Shown piece after piece: positions 11,259 to 31,701 of a stretch of DNA of 64,000 bases. This DNA is from Zygnema circumcarinatum SAG 698-1b (lineage: Eukaryota; Plantae; Zygnematophyceae): NCBI GenBank assembly GCA_037447605.1, contig CM074820.1, forward strand, positions 992,001-1,056,000, given 5' to 3'. Both the position numbers and the translations under genes were made by a program. Below the pieces are notes generated by a model. That model worked only from the letters and a program-made list of their open reading frames with translations, was not told the DNA's origin and made no database searches. Every line of letters starts with the position of its first letter. Positions within the stretch are counted from its first letter, which is position 1.

Positions 11259-12501
11259 TTTCACTGTGCCTTTCCCTGTCTCTCCTTGTGCACCTCCTTG
11301 TACAATTTTTTTCTCCTTATAGTGGTGCTACAAATATGGAGCAACAGTCTCAAGCCTCGCCATGGTGACACATTCTACTGTTGATTTTTGCACTCAGCGA
11401 ATGTGAGATGGATCACCTTTCTACCTTTGAATGCCCACGTTTTCAGCAGATGCTCGGATGTGGCTTTGTTTGTTGTTGAACGGACCGCAGTATAGGAGCT
11501 CAGCAGATCTCGAAAGCAATCATGTGCTGCTCCGAGACAACAGTATTTAGATAACTAAGTAAAGTGCTTCACATTCGTTGTCAGTAGGCCTGCCTGCCAA
11601 GGGGAGGCCTCCCGGCATGAGCATCATGCGCTAATGTGCAAATCCTGCCAGGGATGCCTCGCCCTCCGTTCTCCCACTCTTGCCCTTCTCGCGAATCTGT
11701 CGTCAGATGTGTGTGATTCTGAAGTATTGCGCTCAGAAAATCCCTGAACCCTGAACTCTAAGCCCTAAAGACCCTGAAAACCCTTACTGCATTTAGAAGA
11801 TCTTTATTTCTAGCAGTAGTCCGCTTCAAACTGGAAAGATCCCATGACTGTCTCGTTTCCATTTTCTTATTTTATTTTTTTTTTGTTTGTAAAGACCCAA
11901 AAAACCGAATTAAGAACTGGTGTCATCTTTAGCCCATTGGCAGAACTTTTTGTCACATGTAATCTCACACAAGCGGAGATTCAATGTCGCTCTTAAAGCC
12001 GGCCGATCAGGTTTAAAAATTACAAAATTGAAAAACAACGTTCACTTGTTTTTTCAGCGGAAAAAAGTAACTTTTTGGAACGAGATTCAAAGGAGGGCCT
12101 CCCCTGCCCCTCCGTCCGAATGGCTTGACTACAAACTCCACTCGTTCCTCTTTACAGAGTCGCAATTTATTCCCTCCCTTTCGCCCCCTCACGACCTGAA
12201 CATCGCCGTACTCTACATCACTGCATGCAGCATCATCATCATCATTCTGCCCTCTACATCATCGCACTTTCGACATAACGACATATCATCGTGCCACACC
12301 GTCGTCCCTACAGCCTCATCATCTCCTAAGAAAAGGAGTGTTATCAAGATGGGGGGGGAAAAAGAAAAAGACAATGAAGCCAAGTGGTGGCTGAACGAGT
12401 TTCCTTATGAGCCGTAAGTGGGCAGCTTCTTCCATCTCAAAGCAGAGCATCCCCATCTTGATCGCCTTTACTTTAGTAAAAGCACAAAAGCTCCTCCCTC
12501 T

Positions 12502-13206
12502 CTATTGGTCCCACTCCTCGCCATCGCTCTTTGGAGAGTCCCCCCGTGACATTTTCAGCCTCTTTATTCCTTTTCGAAGAGCACTTCCCCAGGGTGTCCC
12601 TCCTCCGTTGGGTCTCCTCTCATCCCCTCCTCCCTCCTCACTCTCCTTCTCCTTCACCGCCGCCCTCTTCACAGGTCGCAATGCAGCATGCCTTGCCTGA
12701 ATTGCCGCCTGCAGGTCGTCTGCACTTCCAAACCCCCCAGGACCCCCCCCCCCCCCACCACCACTTTTGCCTCTACCAGTCCTTTTCAAGAGGGCAAAGG
12801 GTGTTTCAGACCCTCCTCCTCTCTGTTCCTCTCCCCCTCTCTTCCCCCCCATTGAACCTTCCGGATTCACTACCCTCCCCGACTCTGCCCTTCTCCTTGC
12901 TGCTGCAGCGACTGCTTCAGCGAGGTCACGACCCGAGGGTGGTGCTGCCTTTTGCGGTGCTTTTGCAGGTCTTAAAGCAGCTTTGGAGGGTCCTTTGGAG
13001 ACCCCTGAAGGAGGAGGGGGAGGAGGAGGAGGGGGGGGAGGTCGCCGTGGAGGGGGAGGGGGAGGGGGAGGAGGAGGAGGAGGAGGAGGGGGAGGGAGGT
13101 GGGGAGGGGGAGGAGCTTTCATATTGTTTTGCTGTTCTCTTCCTGCTCTTAAAGAGTCAATGCTAACACCTACATCCGTGAGGATTTTCAGAACATCAAC
13201 TGAGCC
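12502..13206 (-). other. Terminal exon encoding poly-proline + WH2-like + central helix + acidic-Trp motif (WASP-family VCA-like)
   Basis: About 35 prolines, then [18 protein letters not shown] (WH2-like), [14 protein letters not shown] (central-like) and SDGEEWDQ* (acidic with Trp near the C-terminus). Acceptor TTTTCTGCAG| at 13207. Confidence 0.7.
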
Positions 13207-13977
13207 CTGCAGAAAAGAGGAGCTTCAGTTAGTATCTGCTTCTTCGTGAAACAAGGGTTTTTGGCAATACGAAAGTATCTGTTGTACACTTTCATGGTTT
13301 CATGAGAGAGGAGTTCTTTTCGCTCTTATTGAAACTTCCGTTGTCTTAAAACGGGGAAAATGTTTTACGGACCTCTATTGCGAGCTGAGAAAATAACTCC
13401 TGTGAGATTTTCTCCCCATCGAACTTCTGTGAAGACCCGCATGCGATCAGGCTGAGAAAATCCTGTACAAGCAACACACATAGTCAGTTTTTCATCCAAA
13501 CAAGAGAAGTTCCGGACTTACAATGCAAGAAAAAGAGCTCTCTTGAAGTAAGATTGGCACACTGCATGTGTAGAAAAGTTTCTTCATAACTGCCCCAGCA
13601 CATTCCTCATGGTTCACAAGTAGTTACATGGTATTACTATCCAGCAGAGGGAACTTTTCAGATAGCCAATCCAATCTCGCATTCATAACAACCCAAATGA
13701 AACTCACTTGCAAGAACCGTTTGAAGGTGGGAGCTTCAATAGTCGGAGAGGGAGGGCTATGACTCGGAGTTGGTATTAAGTCGGGACACAAAAAGGGATG
13801 CTTTAACAAGTCAGGAATGGTAATGCGAGCAGTTGGGCTGTGGACGAGGCATCGCTTTATGGAGTCAAGCAGCCAAGGGTTGGGCAGAGGGGGAAAGGTG
13901 ACTTCGTGGTTGGGATTTGTCAAAGCCTGCAATGAGCAAACATGCATGGTTTGAGTATCACGCTCTCATATCTCTTC

Positions 13978-14013
<36 letters not shown>

Positions 14014-14045
14014 AGAGAAGAGAGAGAGATATATAGAGAGAGATG

Positions 14046-14085
<40 letters not shown>

Positions 14086-17000
14086 GAGAGAGAGAGAGAG
14101 AGAGAAAGCGAGAGAGAGAGATATATATATAGAGAGAGAGAGAGAGAGAAAGGAAGAGAGTGAGAGAGAAAGAGAGAGAGAGAGAGGAAGAGGTTAGAGG
14201 ACGCCTTAGCAGAAAGAAAGAAAGAAAGAAAAGAAGTAAGAAAGGAAGAAGGAACAAAAAAGCATACGAGGATTTTTTGGAACGTTGGTAGGTGCGAAAG
14301 CGGTGTTTCTCCGTATGCCATTTGATAAAGTATGCACCCGAGAGACCATACATCCGATGCTCGGTGGATGCTACCTCCGTCATTGCTGACATCAGCATCC
14401 TCTGATAATTGGTTGCAAGCTACAGCTTCCGGAGACATGTAGTTGAGTGTGCCGGCCTGCAATAAAAGCACACATTTTCTCTCTCTCAAATTCTTGCAAA
14501 ACTCAGCTTTTATCGCAGATTCTACTTCAGCTTCTCTATACCATTTTCAGATTTCTGGAGAGAGTGTTTTCTAGATAACAGGAAAACTGAGTTTTTCTGC
14601 CATTTCAACGTGCATATATAGCGACCTTAAAGCTAACCACACTCGTTTGAAAAGAGATTCCTCGTGAATAATTCATGAAGAGTTACATGCTAAACGTAGT
14701 CATGGAAATGAAGGCACTGAATGAGAGAGAGACAAACCTGCGATTCTCGTTGTTCGATCTCTGTTGCACCTTTTGGTATTGTTCGTGCAATTCCAAAGTC
14801 GATCAACTTCAGCTCGCCTTGCACGAGAAGGAAGTTGGCCGGTTTAAGGTCGCCATGGACTATGCGAGCTTCATGTATGGTATGCACAGCTTGCAGCATT
14901 TTCTGAGTCAATATACGCACTCAAGAAAAAGAATGAGGAGAGTATCAACTTTGAATGGACTTTATGCAGCGTTTCATCAGCCGATCGAGATAGTACTAAA
15001 ATCCGTTATTGGCCATATCCTTAAAAAAAACATATTTTTAGCTTTTTTCTTTTGTCCTTAGGTCCTTTGTGACCACTTCCTCGTGGTTCCCCATGATGAT
15101 TTTGTCCATGTACATTTGATGGCATCATCACCATCGTGAGATCAATGCCATATCCTCCCCCATTTTAAGTCTTTTATCATTGAGGGCACTTTCCTGAGCA
15201 CATTACCTGCCAGTAAAACCGCAAGAAATTGTCGTCAATATGAAGACTTGCTTTGTCGACTTTAGGGCTCTGCACTCTCTGTAAAAGACTGGCGAGGTCA
15301 ATCTCTCCAAACTCCAATACGAGGTAGATCAGACCGGACTGAGGGAGCACCTGCACAGCCGATCACAATGAATGGTTATTGATGAAAGGTCTTACAACAA
15401 AGGGGAACTGACTACATTCAAACCCGCTCAAATCAAGCATTTCAAAGAAGTTGTTTCAAGAATTCTAATGATACAGCTGAAGCTAAACACTTCGGGGAGG
15501 GTCTAGGCTTTAAGGATGTTTATTCTATTCTTGTATTGAAGAAAGTAATGCAGTTGACTACACACCTTCCTATCATCAGAGAACAATTTGGCAGCTGTTC
15601 CTCACCTGTGAATCGATCAGTTGAATAATGTTTTTTTGCCCTCGTAACCTCTCCAAGAAGTTAATCTCTTCCAGAAACCCTTGTGCTACCTTTGGACCTC
15701 TGCCAGACAGTCTGATTTGCTTCAAAGCGTAAACTTGCCGGTTGGGAGCAATCACTTTGTACACCTTCGAGCTTCCTCCTCTCCCAACCAATACAAGCTT
15801 CTGATAGACAACATTGTTCACTACCACTGCGTTTCCATCTGTTCTCGTTTGTGGGGTCTCAAGACTGCCCTCTCTACCGGCCATACAGCCCATTGGAGAG
15901 GGAGAGATCAGCTCGGCACATGCAAAAGCTTGCCTTTCAGGTATCGCTGAAAGCATTTCTACATTAACACATGTTTGACTAGGTTGAACAGAAGTTTCCG
16001 GTGGATTTGATGCTGTTGTGGCACTCTCAAACTCAGCTGCAATCCCCCTTCCAGAATCGTTCTCTAAAACATTTCCTTCTTCCGTAGACCTTACCCGTGT
16101 TGCATCTGCGGCTGCGTCTATCTGAATACTTTGTTCCTCTGAATGCTGTTGAATGTCCAAACTGTGAATGTTTTGAAGCTGCTCTGTGTTCGTTTCTTTG
16201 GGGGGAGAGGAAGGTCTAGATTCTGAATTCTCTGAATTAGGCATCAGAGCATCAGGAGAAGGGTCTTCCATTCTCAGAGCGGCCACTTCAGCAGCCGGCA
16301 CTCGTCGTGCAGGTCCCGAAGACAGTTTGATTGCTGGAGAAATATGCACAAAGCTACGATTAGAGCTCCTTTCCGTAGCCACAAGGGGAAGTTTGCAAGG
16401 GGGTTACTTTCGTGAGAGTCGCTATTGTAAAAATCAAGCAATGAGAAGCGGCAACTGCAGACAGAGATGATAAGGAGATGGTCTTTCAAAGCATGATGCA
16501 GCACAATGCAAGAAACTAGGTCGTTGCCTTCATCAAGGAGGAGTGGAATTATCAACTTCTTCAGAAAAAAAGAGTAATCCAGCACTTTTTACTGAAGTTA
16601 TTAGCTGTAATTGTACGTTTGTAGCATTCCCCTTCCAGCCAAATATGGAGAAGGAAATGAAAGGACTTCTATTTTGTTTAGTGCCTTACATCAGGATCAC
16701 CTTCTTTCCCCTTTCCTTTTGATCGAAACTTCTGCTGGTATGACAAATGTACACATCGAGAAGGAAAATGCTAAGTGGCGTGCTGAACATCTGCCTTTCC
16801 TTTTACTATCAAAAGACTGCTGGGGCAATCGATGCCTCAGATTTGAGAAGCCAAACCGGCAACACTGTAAGGATGACTCACCAGCAAATTTTTTTCGTTT
16901 TTCTGAAGCTTGTCGTCTGGAGAGTCGAACTATGTTTCTTTCAATAACAAGCGGCTTAGTCTGTTGCCCCGAAAAGTAGTTCATCTGCGAAGAATTAACG

Positions 17001-17563
17001 GACATTATGGGTTCCTCCATAATCATAGCAGATGTCTCATCGAGCCTTGGAAAGATCCCTCCATGATCTGCTCCTATCTGCACGCTCTGTCCTTCTGCAA
17101 TACTGTATGGAGCTGGCTGTACGGCCAGGGACTGCGCTTCTATGTCACGAACACGGCAATTACCTCCAGCCGTTCCAGACCTTCCTATCATATCCTTCAT
17201 AATACCCCTTCCATTCTTATGCTGAAGAAATTTCTGCTCTGCTTCGCTAAGCCTCATGTCATCAGCTCGAAATGAGTCGCCCATGTCTCTCTCCAGCAAA
17301 CTTCTGGTACTTGGAAATGCCTGCTCCTTCCCCTCCTCCAGCACCCTATTCATCTGGAAAACATTCTGCCTTTCAAAAATGGTTCCAAGTTCCCTATCCC
17401 TATTCAAAAATCTTTTCTCTACAGCTCCGCAATGACCTAATCCGCCTGTAAGCTCCCCTCCGTTAAAGTGCGCTGGCGCGAGCGGCCTATTTTGCCTTCT
17501 TCCAAGGCGAGAAGCGCTATTTAGGCTTCTCTCTCCGAGATTCTCCTTGTCGAACTCCGCCAT
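12502..17563 (-). CDS. MPS1: MPS1/TTK spindle-checkpoint kinase with an apparent C-terminal poly-Pro/WH2/CA (VCA-like) extension
   Basis: Starts MAEFDKENL (KEN box). Kinase exons: [18 protein letters not shown]...ALKQI...EINFL (ends 15606); [12 protein letters not shown]...LRFYWQ (about 15351-15207); [23 protein letters not shown] (about 14900-14737); [10 protein letters not shown]...[12 protein letters not shown] (about 14458-14267); LTNPNHE...DLLKHPF (13926-13708). Then phase-0 exons 13462-13373 and 13206-12502. N-terminal exon limits are approximate. Confidence 0.9.
13975..14185. repeat. (GA)n/(GAGAGT)n microsatellite in an MPS1 intron
   Basis: Direct inspection. Similar (GA)n tracts occur at 17626-17680 and 21386-21538. 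Confidence 0.95.
15045..15155 (+). repeat. CRE 3'-terminal fragment (about 110 bp) in an MPS1 intron
   Basis: gtccttaggtcctttgtgaccacttcctcgtggttccccatgatgattttgtccatgtacatttgatggcatcatcaccatcgtgagatcaatgcc aligns with 4965-5060. Confidence 0.8.
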
Positions 17564-17630
17564 GGCTTCCCACCTCCCTGTCGGGCCAGCAAAGAAACGA
17601 TATGTGTGTGCGTGCGTGCCACGGAGAGAG

Positions 17631-17683
<53 letters not shown>

Positions 17684-17709
17684 CCTTTCCCTCCACTTTC
17701 CCTTTAAAC

Positions 17710-17719
17710 TCTAACGGCT
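17710..17719 (+). promoter_or_regulatory. MSA element (TCTAACGGCT) in the divergent MPS1/MFD promoter
   Basis: Exact match to YCYAACGGYY, about 150 bp upstream of the MPS1 ATG. Confidence 0.55.
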
Positions 17720-18010
17720 AGTTCTTGACCTCTTGTTCCGTGCACCTAATTCCGTCCCGTGTTGAACAGCACGGGACCGGGATCCAACAGATCGGCCGTA
17801 CAAGAACTTTTGTCGTCAAGCCTGTTCCATGCTGTGTCGTTCTACGCTGCTCCGTGCCGAGTAACAGCAAAGAGCGCCCCTTGGAGCCCCCCAGCCTTCC
17901 CTGGAGGTGCGGCTGGCGGGGCAGATTAGGGTTAGGGCTGCTGCAAGGTTAAGGTTAGGGTTAGGGTTAGGGCTTAAGGGGAGGGGAGGGGAGGGGAGCT
18001 TCTCTGCAGG

Positions 18011-25664
<7,654 letters not shown>

Positions 25665-26250
25665 CATAGCCGCGCCTAATCACTTATTTTTTGGCTCTGC
25701 TCAAGGAGCCTTCGCAAGGGAAAAAAAGGGAGATTTAGGAGCACCAAATTGTTGCCGAACCCGATTGTCCTCGGTCGAAACAAAGGTAGAGTTGATATAG
25801 CACTCACTTTGGTCTCCTTAGAGATCTCCCATTGTAACTTTTTCATCGCCATTGATGAGCCTCTCTTGGAGGTCGCTTGGAGCCTTGGACTCTTGTGTTT
25901 TGAAGCGGGGTAAAAGTGCCAATTACTTTTTGGTTGTTTGTCGATGGGGGCCTTTCTTGAGTGTGAAACTTTAATTGGAACTTTGTATTCTGGAAACCAT
26001 GTCCTCATGTATCGATAAGGGTTGCATGCTCGAGGTATGTACTCTTTCATGTGTGCAGACAGTTAAGGGCCTCTCCATTGTTGCAAACTATGGTCATCCC
26101 TCTGTAGCATCATGCATGAGAGAGAGAGAGCATCTTCCATCGCCACAGGTACAATTTCGATAGTCGAGCATCTTTCAATGGCGATTGGCCATGCTTGCAC
26201 AGTTCTGTATGTGGCGAGTCGCTATCTGAAGATGTTCGGCTACATGCTGC

Positions 26251-26300
26251 TTTTGTCCATGTACATCTGATGGCCTCGCCATCGTGAGATCAATGCCACA
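26251..26300 (+). repeat. CRE 3'-terminal fragment
   Basis: ttttgtccatgtacatctgatggcctcgccatcgtgagatcaatgccac. Confidence 0.8.
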
Positions 26301-27182
26301 CCCCTTTCCCTTCGTGGGGCATGCATGGCCATGTGCATGTGTGCTCATGCCTGCCTATGTGCGTCAGCACATTCATATGCATGTCACGGATGTATCCGTG
26401 AAAGTACTCACTAATGTTCACAGCCCCTCGTCTCCGACATCCCATGGACGACTTGCCTCTTTTACTCTCTGTTTTCTCTTCCATGCTTTCATCGCTAAGG
26501 TTTCTTATTCAAATGTCAGAAACCAGAAAAGAAAAGGGGAGGCGGGGAGGGGGGGATGATTCACAGGGGTCCAACACCATCTTCCGTTATCTAAAAGATT
26601 ATAATGTATGACAAGATCCCTAAAGGAACGAAAAATGGGAATGTTTATGATATGATGAGACGTCACATTGCTCAATTGGAGCTCCTGTGCTCACATTCTA
26701 TAAAGTAAGGTCATGAAAAATATAAAGAGAAAATTTCTTCATAAATCGACATAATATTCCAAATATTTCCGACAAAAAGCCTAAACCGTACACCGTAACC
26801 TTGAAATAACGTAAGGACTTAATGGACTTCATAAGCGAAGCCTTTGCAGTATTATGCAGAATCACTACTTTTGTACAATAAAGCTCCCTTGCAAAAGATC
26901 ATCCCATTGACTATAGGAGCCCACCGCTTGCACCCTATCTTTTACAACCTCTAGCAGGCATTAAGCATCCTCTACCAAATGAATTATGTACAGCCAACCC
27001 TAATTTACGCTATTGATAGCCTTATCGCGCAATTTGAAAAATATAAACAGTTAAAAACTTCACCTGCTGAAGGATGAAAAAAGCCAAAAAGGTGCCAAAA
27101 TGCTGCGATTTCACGATTCAGGTCGATCACAGGTTCACTTCATCTGTCCTCGCATCATCCACCGTACCAATAAATGCGTAAG

Positions 27183-30100
27183 TTAAGGTGGCGGCCCTTT
27201 CCTTTCACCACTCCATAAGAAACCACTTTTTGCCTTTGCACTTTCATTTAGATTGTTTTTGTTAAAGGTACTATTCATCCTTTCTGTAAAGCAACGGAGC
27301 GAGCGAGAGCGAGAGAGGAGGAGAGGGAGATGGAGAGGGGGAAAGGGGGAGAGGAACGCAGGCAAGTGGGGGCAGAGAGAGGGAGAGGGGGGTGGGGGGA
27401 GGGGGCTGGTCATGAACGTCTCGGAAAAATGCAGATCGCCCCGACCCTGACTAGTCCCCTACATGACTTAAAAGTATTACATAACATCAAGGGACCAATC
27501 CACACAAGCATTTCCTTGCTATTACGAAGTCGTACACTCACATGATTTAGATTTGTCGCAGTCCGTTCTTCCACATTTACAGCTCGCGCAAAGTTGGCTG
27601 CTGTTTCACTCACTTCCCAGTCACCCTCTTCATCTTCTTCACACTCATCATCATCTTCATCATCACTGCTCTCATCCGACAATGCAGGTACTAAAGTCGG
27701 TGCCTCTGTTTCCCACAATCTTGCCCAGTCTATACCCTTGAAGAAGGGGTGGTTCTTTAATTCCTTGTGACCATTGAGCCCATCCCCAAGTCTCTTTTTC
27801 GGATCCATATCCTGCGGGAAAGAACGACCCCTTATCTTTCTCAGAATACACGACGATGCTCCTCACCCTCCACTTGCATTTCGCCTCGCATTTCTCCTCC
27901 CCCCTCTCACTTTTTACCGTCTACTCGCATCATTCCGACGAAAACAGAATTACTCAACCTTCACAGCCTTACAACATCCTCATTTACTGGTAGTTCTACA
28001 CTTTGCTTACCAATAACTGGTTAACAAGGCTCCGCGCTTCTGGAGGGAAATGGTCCGGGATCGTGAAGTCGCGAGCTATGACTTTTTGGAAACAAAGATA
28101 TTCACTGGCTGCCCTAAATGGAGGGCGCCCCTCCAGCATGAAGTAGATCACACAGCCCAATGCCCACAAGTCCGCTCTGCAGACAGAGCATTTCTTTGGT
28201 TTGTTTACAAGGGAGAAATGTTGCATTTCCCATAATAAAGTATCTGGGCAATTCACGTCAGAGCAGAAATACTATGTATGTTACCAAGACATTAGCAAGA
28301 CATTGCTTCAGAATGGAGAATTTTAGTTGACTGAGGGAGAAAATGGGTGGTGTGGCTGTCAAGTAACGGGTGTGGTAATAGCATATACGAGTTAAGGTTG
28401 GGAGCATAGCCTCACCCGATAGTGACAGGTTGGCTGTTGAGAACTTCGGGAGATACATATTCCGCAGTGCCGACAAATGAACAGTTGCGATCGTCTGAAA
28501 AGAGAGAAAAAAAAATAGGAAGAAAAGGGTAAGGAAAGGCATACAACTGCAGAAAAAGCGAAAAAAACCGCAGTGGTAATCATTAGTAAGGCAAGAACGG
28601 GATAGCGATAACATAATTGACCAGAACATATGCCAGATAATATGGTAGCTAGTTAGAAAAACTGCTTTACTTTGAAAAATGGAATGACGAGTACCTGAGA
28701 CCATGACGGAGCATGCTAGGGAGCAATGCAGTTTTAACAATTGGCTTTTAATTGGCGTACATATAATTCTATATACATTTCTCTATGAGACCTCAATAGG
28801 AGAGTTCCGGCAAGTGACACAGAAGGTGAATAATAGCAGATAGACTTGTGCTTATTCGGGTGGGCAAAAGCATATTAATATGCAAGGCTATGGAGAGTAA
28901 AGTGAACGCATCAAACTGAAGGCAAAGCAACCGAACCTTGCAGGTTGTCAAAGCTACTGCCATCCAAGGGCTGGAGAAGTTTCGCGCTTCCAAAATCGAT
29001 CAACTTAATGTGTCCTGCCTCTGTCAAAAGGAGATTTTCTGGCTGCATAAAAAGGACGAGAAAGGCCTCAGAATATAAGAGAAATGTGTGGAGGATAGTC
29101 CGAGGACAGAAAAAGCAAAAACACGAATCAAGACGGGAAAGAAACGGGGACATGTGTATGTGCCAGTTCAAGAAAAGTCAGCCATATCCAAGATTACCGT
29201 AGTTCTGATATCAAAGCATTAGCCCAAATCAATGAAATGACTGAATATGCCATCCTGAACGTTTTGTGCGCCGGATTCTCGCAAACTTCCAGCAGCTTGC
29301 AATCAAGAAAGTTCCCACCTTAAGGTCACGATGGATAATTCCCTTATTGTGAATGTATTCAAGGGTATCAAGGATCTCTGCAGCGTAGAACTGCGCATCC
29401 TCGAATGGCATACGGCCTCTCTGCAACAGCATGTATTTGTAATTGTTTAGGCTTCATAGATATGTGGTAAGCAATCACAGGATAGGCAGAAGTATGAAGG
29501 AGTTCACAGTAGAGGATTCAGTGACGAGAGATGTTCGAAGCAAATACCCATATTGAATGACATTCAATTACCTCTGAACTTTTTTCGTAAGAGTATTGTA
29601 TCTGGTGCTTTGCAGCGCTTACCATACAATGATTTATGATATATCATGAAATTACTTATCTTCGGCAAGATCTCTTGATCTACTGTCACAATGACTCTGG
29701 TCGTGCCTTGTCTAAAAAAAAATAATAATAATACGATAGAGAAGAAAAGGGTATAAGAAAGCTTAGGTCTTACCTCCTTGATTTGGTGAAAGAGCTCTCC
29801 ACCATGGCAGCACTCTAGCCCCATGTCTGCAGTAGGGAAAACATACAAGATGGACGCTTAAGAACTGCTATGATTGAACCAACCAGGTAAGCATATTGAT
29901 CTGAGGAACAATAGAAATACAGTTTATCAAATGCAGACCTGGAAGTCATGCAAGCCTCAAGGATAAGGAAATTACAAAGAGAGCGTTCATCTTGAAATGT
30001 GAAGTGGAGGCGGATGATGCCAAGGTGGTCTGTATTGTCCAGGATAAGCCGTTCCAATTTCACGTATTCAACCTTCCTTTCGCGAACAATGTGGCGCTTA

Positions 30101-30833
30101 TCCATGACTTTCAGGGCGAACTCTTTGCCTGTCCGCTTGAAAGTTGCAGCGACCACCTGCAATTACCGTTCTTCGCTGGGGACGGTGAAGGTGGGCCACA
30201 AGTGTTCTACACTGATGAATTGAGCCCATCGACGTGTTATGCATAATGGAATGATTTGTTCAGGAATAGTGAAGTTGCTTTACACCTAGTATAGCAAATG
30301 GCATGGATGCTCTTCCAACCAATGACTGAAGAATGCGGGCTTCTTACTACTAACTTAAGGGAAACCACTCAACGGTAACTTCAAGACAACCACGCATCCC
30401 AATGAGGACGCGACATATGAGGAAAAAAAAAAGTACTATTCATTTGCAGCAATTTTTCCTGCAAGTGGATAGAAAGACAGCTGTTGAAAGCCTTTTCGCA
30501 GTCGCCGAACAAATGCACAAGCAGTACTGCTGTTAAAGATATGTGAGGAGTTGTTTGTATCCTATACCTGATATGAGATTGTTCAAATCAATTAAATGGT
30601 TCGAGTAAGAAGAAAATGTGAAACAACTCGACAACGTTTTCATCACAAGAAGGACTCACCTTTGAAAAAGAACCCATTCCAAGGAGCCTTCCATAGGAAA
30701 AATCACGCGCTCTCCTCGGAGCCTGCTGCTCCATGTTTCCGCTTAAGTCTTCCTTCCCTTTTTTCCCATCGCTCTCATTCCTCTCAGCTGTATCTGCGTT
30801 TACAGCCATGCTGACGCTGTCATCCGAGGGCAT
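27183..30833 (-). CDS. PDK1: 3-phosphoinositide-dependent protein kinase 1 (AGC kinase), apparently lacking a PH domain
   Basis: [15 protein letters not shown]|[25 protein letters not shown]...[10 protein letters not shown]...[23 protein letters not shown]|[65 protein letters not shown], followed by an acidic tail. The 3' end at 27183 is tentative. Confidence 0.93.
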
Positions 30834-31499
30834 CACTCTCCGCTACAAATTATATAGCGATTCTGAATGCAGAAACCCCCTCTCTCCTGATGCTTTGGGT
30901 ATCCAAACGACAGGCTTCACTGCACTGCAATGTGCAGAATGTGATGCAGCTGAGAGCAGAGCAGCATATATTGTCCCACAAATACCGCAGCGACTGAAAA
31001 GAAAGGAATATTTACCTGTATGCATGTGCATCTATCTACTTCCTAACAAGCTGCGAGTGCAAACTGCACTGTTTTCAGAACTCAGAACTCAGAATTCTGA
31101 GCTCAGAGCTCAGAGAGAAAGAAGTGGGAGCACAATATCTGCACCCCTCCGTGGCAAACAATGCTCGAGCACACCCAATGACGATCCGTCACGTGTCCCT
31201 CGAGTGCTTACGTGGTGTGCCCCCATTGGTCCTGAAATGGTCCGAGGCCCCAAAAGGGGAGCGGGTACTTAACGACTTACCGCTCGCGTAAGTACCGGTC
31301 CGTACGTACACCTGTACGAAAGTCCGAGGGAATGTGTACGGCACGTACGGAAGTGGCAAGCGGCGGACGAAAGGGGACGATTCGTGACCGTCCGATCACA
31401 GGGAATCAAGGATCTACAGATTTTGCGGGGATCTGATTTAGGGTTTTTAGGGTTTGAAACCCTAAAAGTCTGATTATCCGGTATGTGGACTGCAAAAAT

Positions 31500-31701
31500 A
31501 GGGGGAGTCGGACCTTGACCATCGCCAAATCAATTTCGTAAGCCTGTCAGGCGATTTAAGCATTGGCTAGGTACGCATTTCGGTACGGCTGTGTACGGCG
31601 GAGCCGCGGATCCCGACGCGGAATTCGTACACGAAAGAAGTGACTTTTAGTAAAAGGAATTCGGGAATTTCGTAAGCGATGGTCAAGGTCTGACTCCCCC
31701 T
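31500..31701 (+). mobile_element. MITE family A (202 bp, AAT target duplication)
   Basis: AAT|AGGGGGAGTCGGACCTTGACCATCG ... CGATGGTCAAGGTCTGACTCCCCCT|AAT. Confidence 0.88.

Noticed and set aside
12531-13249. Plus-strand Gly/Glu-rich ORFs
   Set aside because: They are antisense shadows of the low-complexity poly-Pro exon, with no motifs or splice context.
15085-15150. C/D-box snoRNA (ATGATGA C-box-like motif in the dispersed repeat)
   Set aside because: The motif is absent in several copies, there is no proper CTGA D box, and the sequence is continuous with the retroelement 3' UTR.
30733-31272. 179-aa plus-strand ORF
   Set aside because: It is antisense to PDK1 exon 1 and its 5' UTR/intron, includes a CAGAACT microsatellite, and has no protein motifs.
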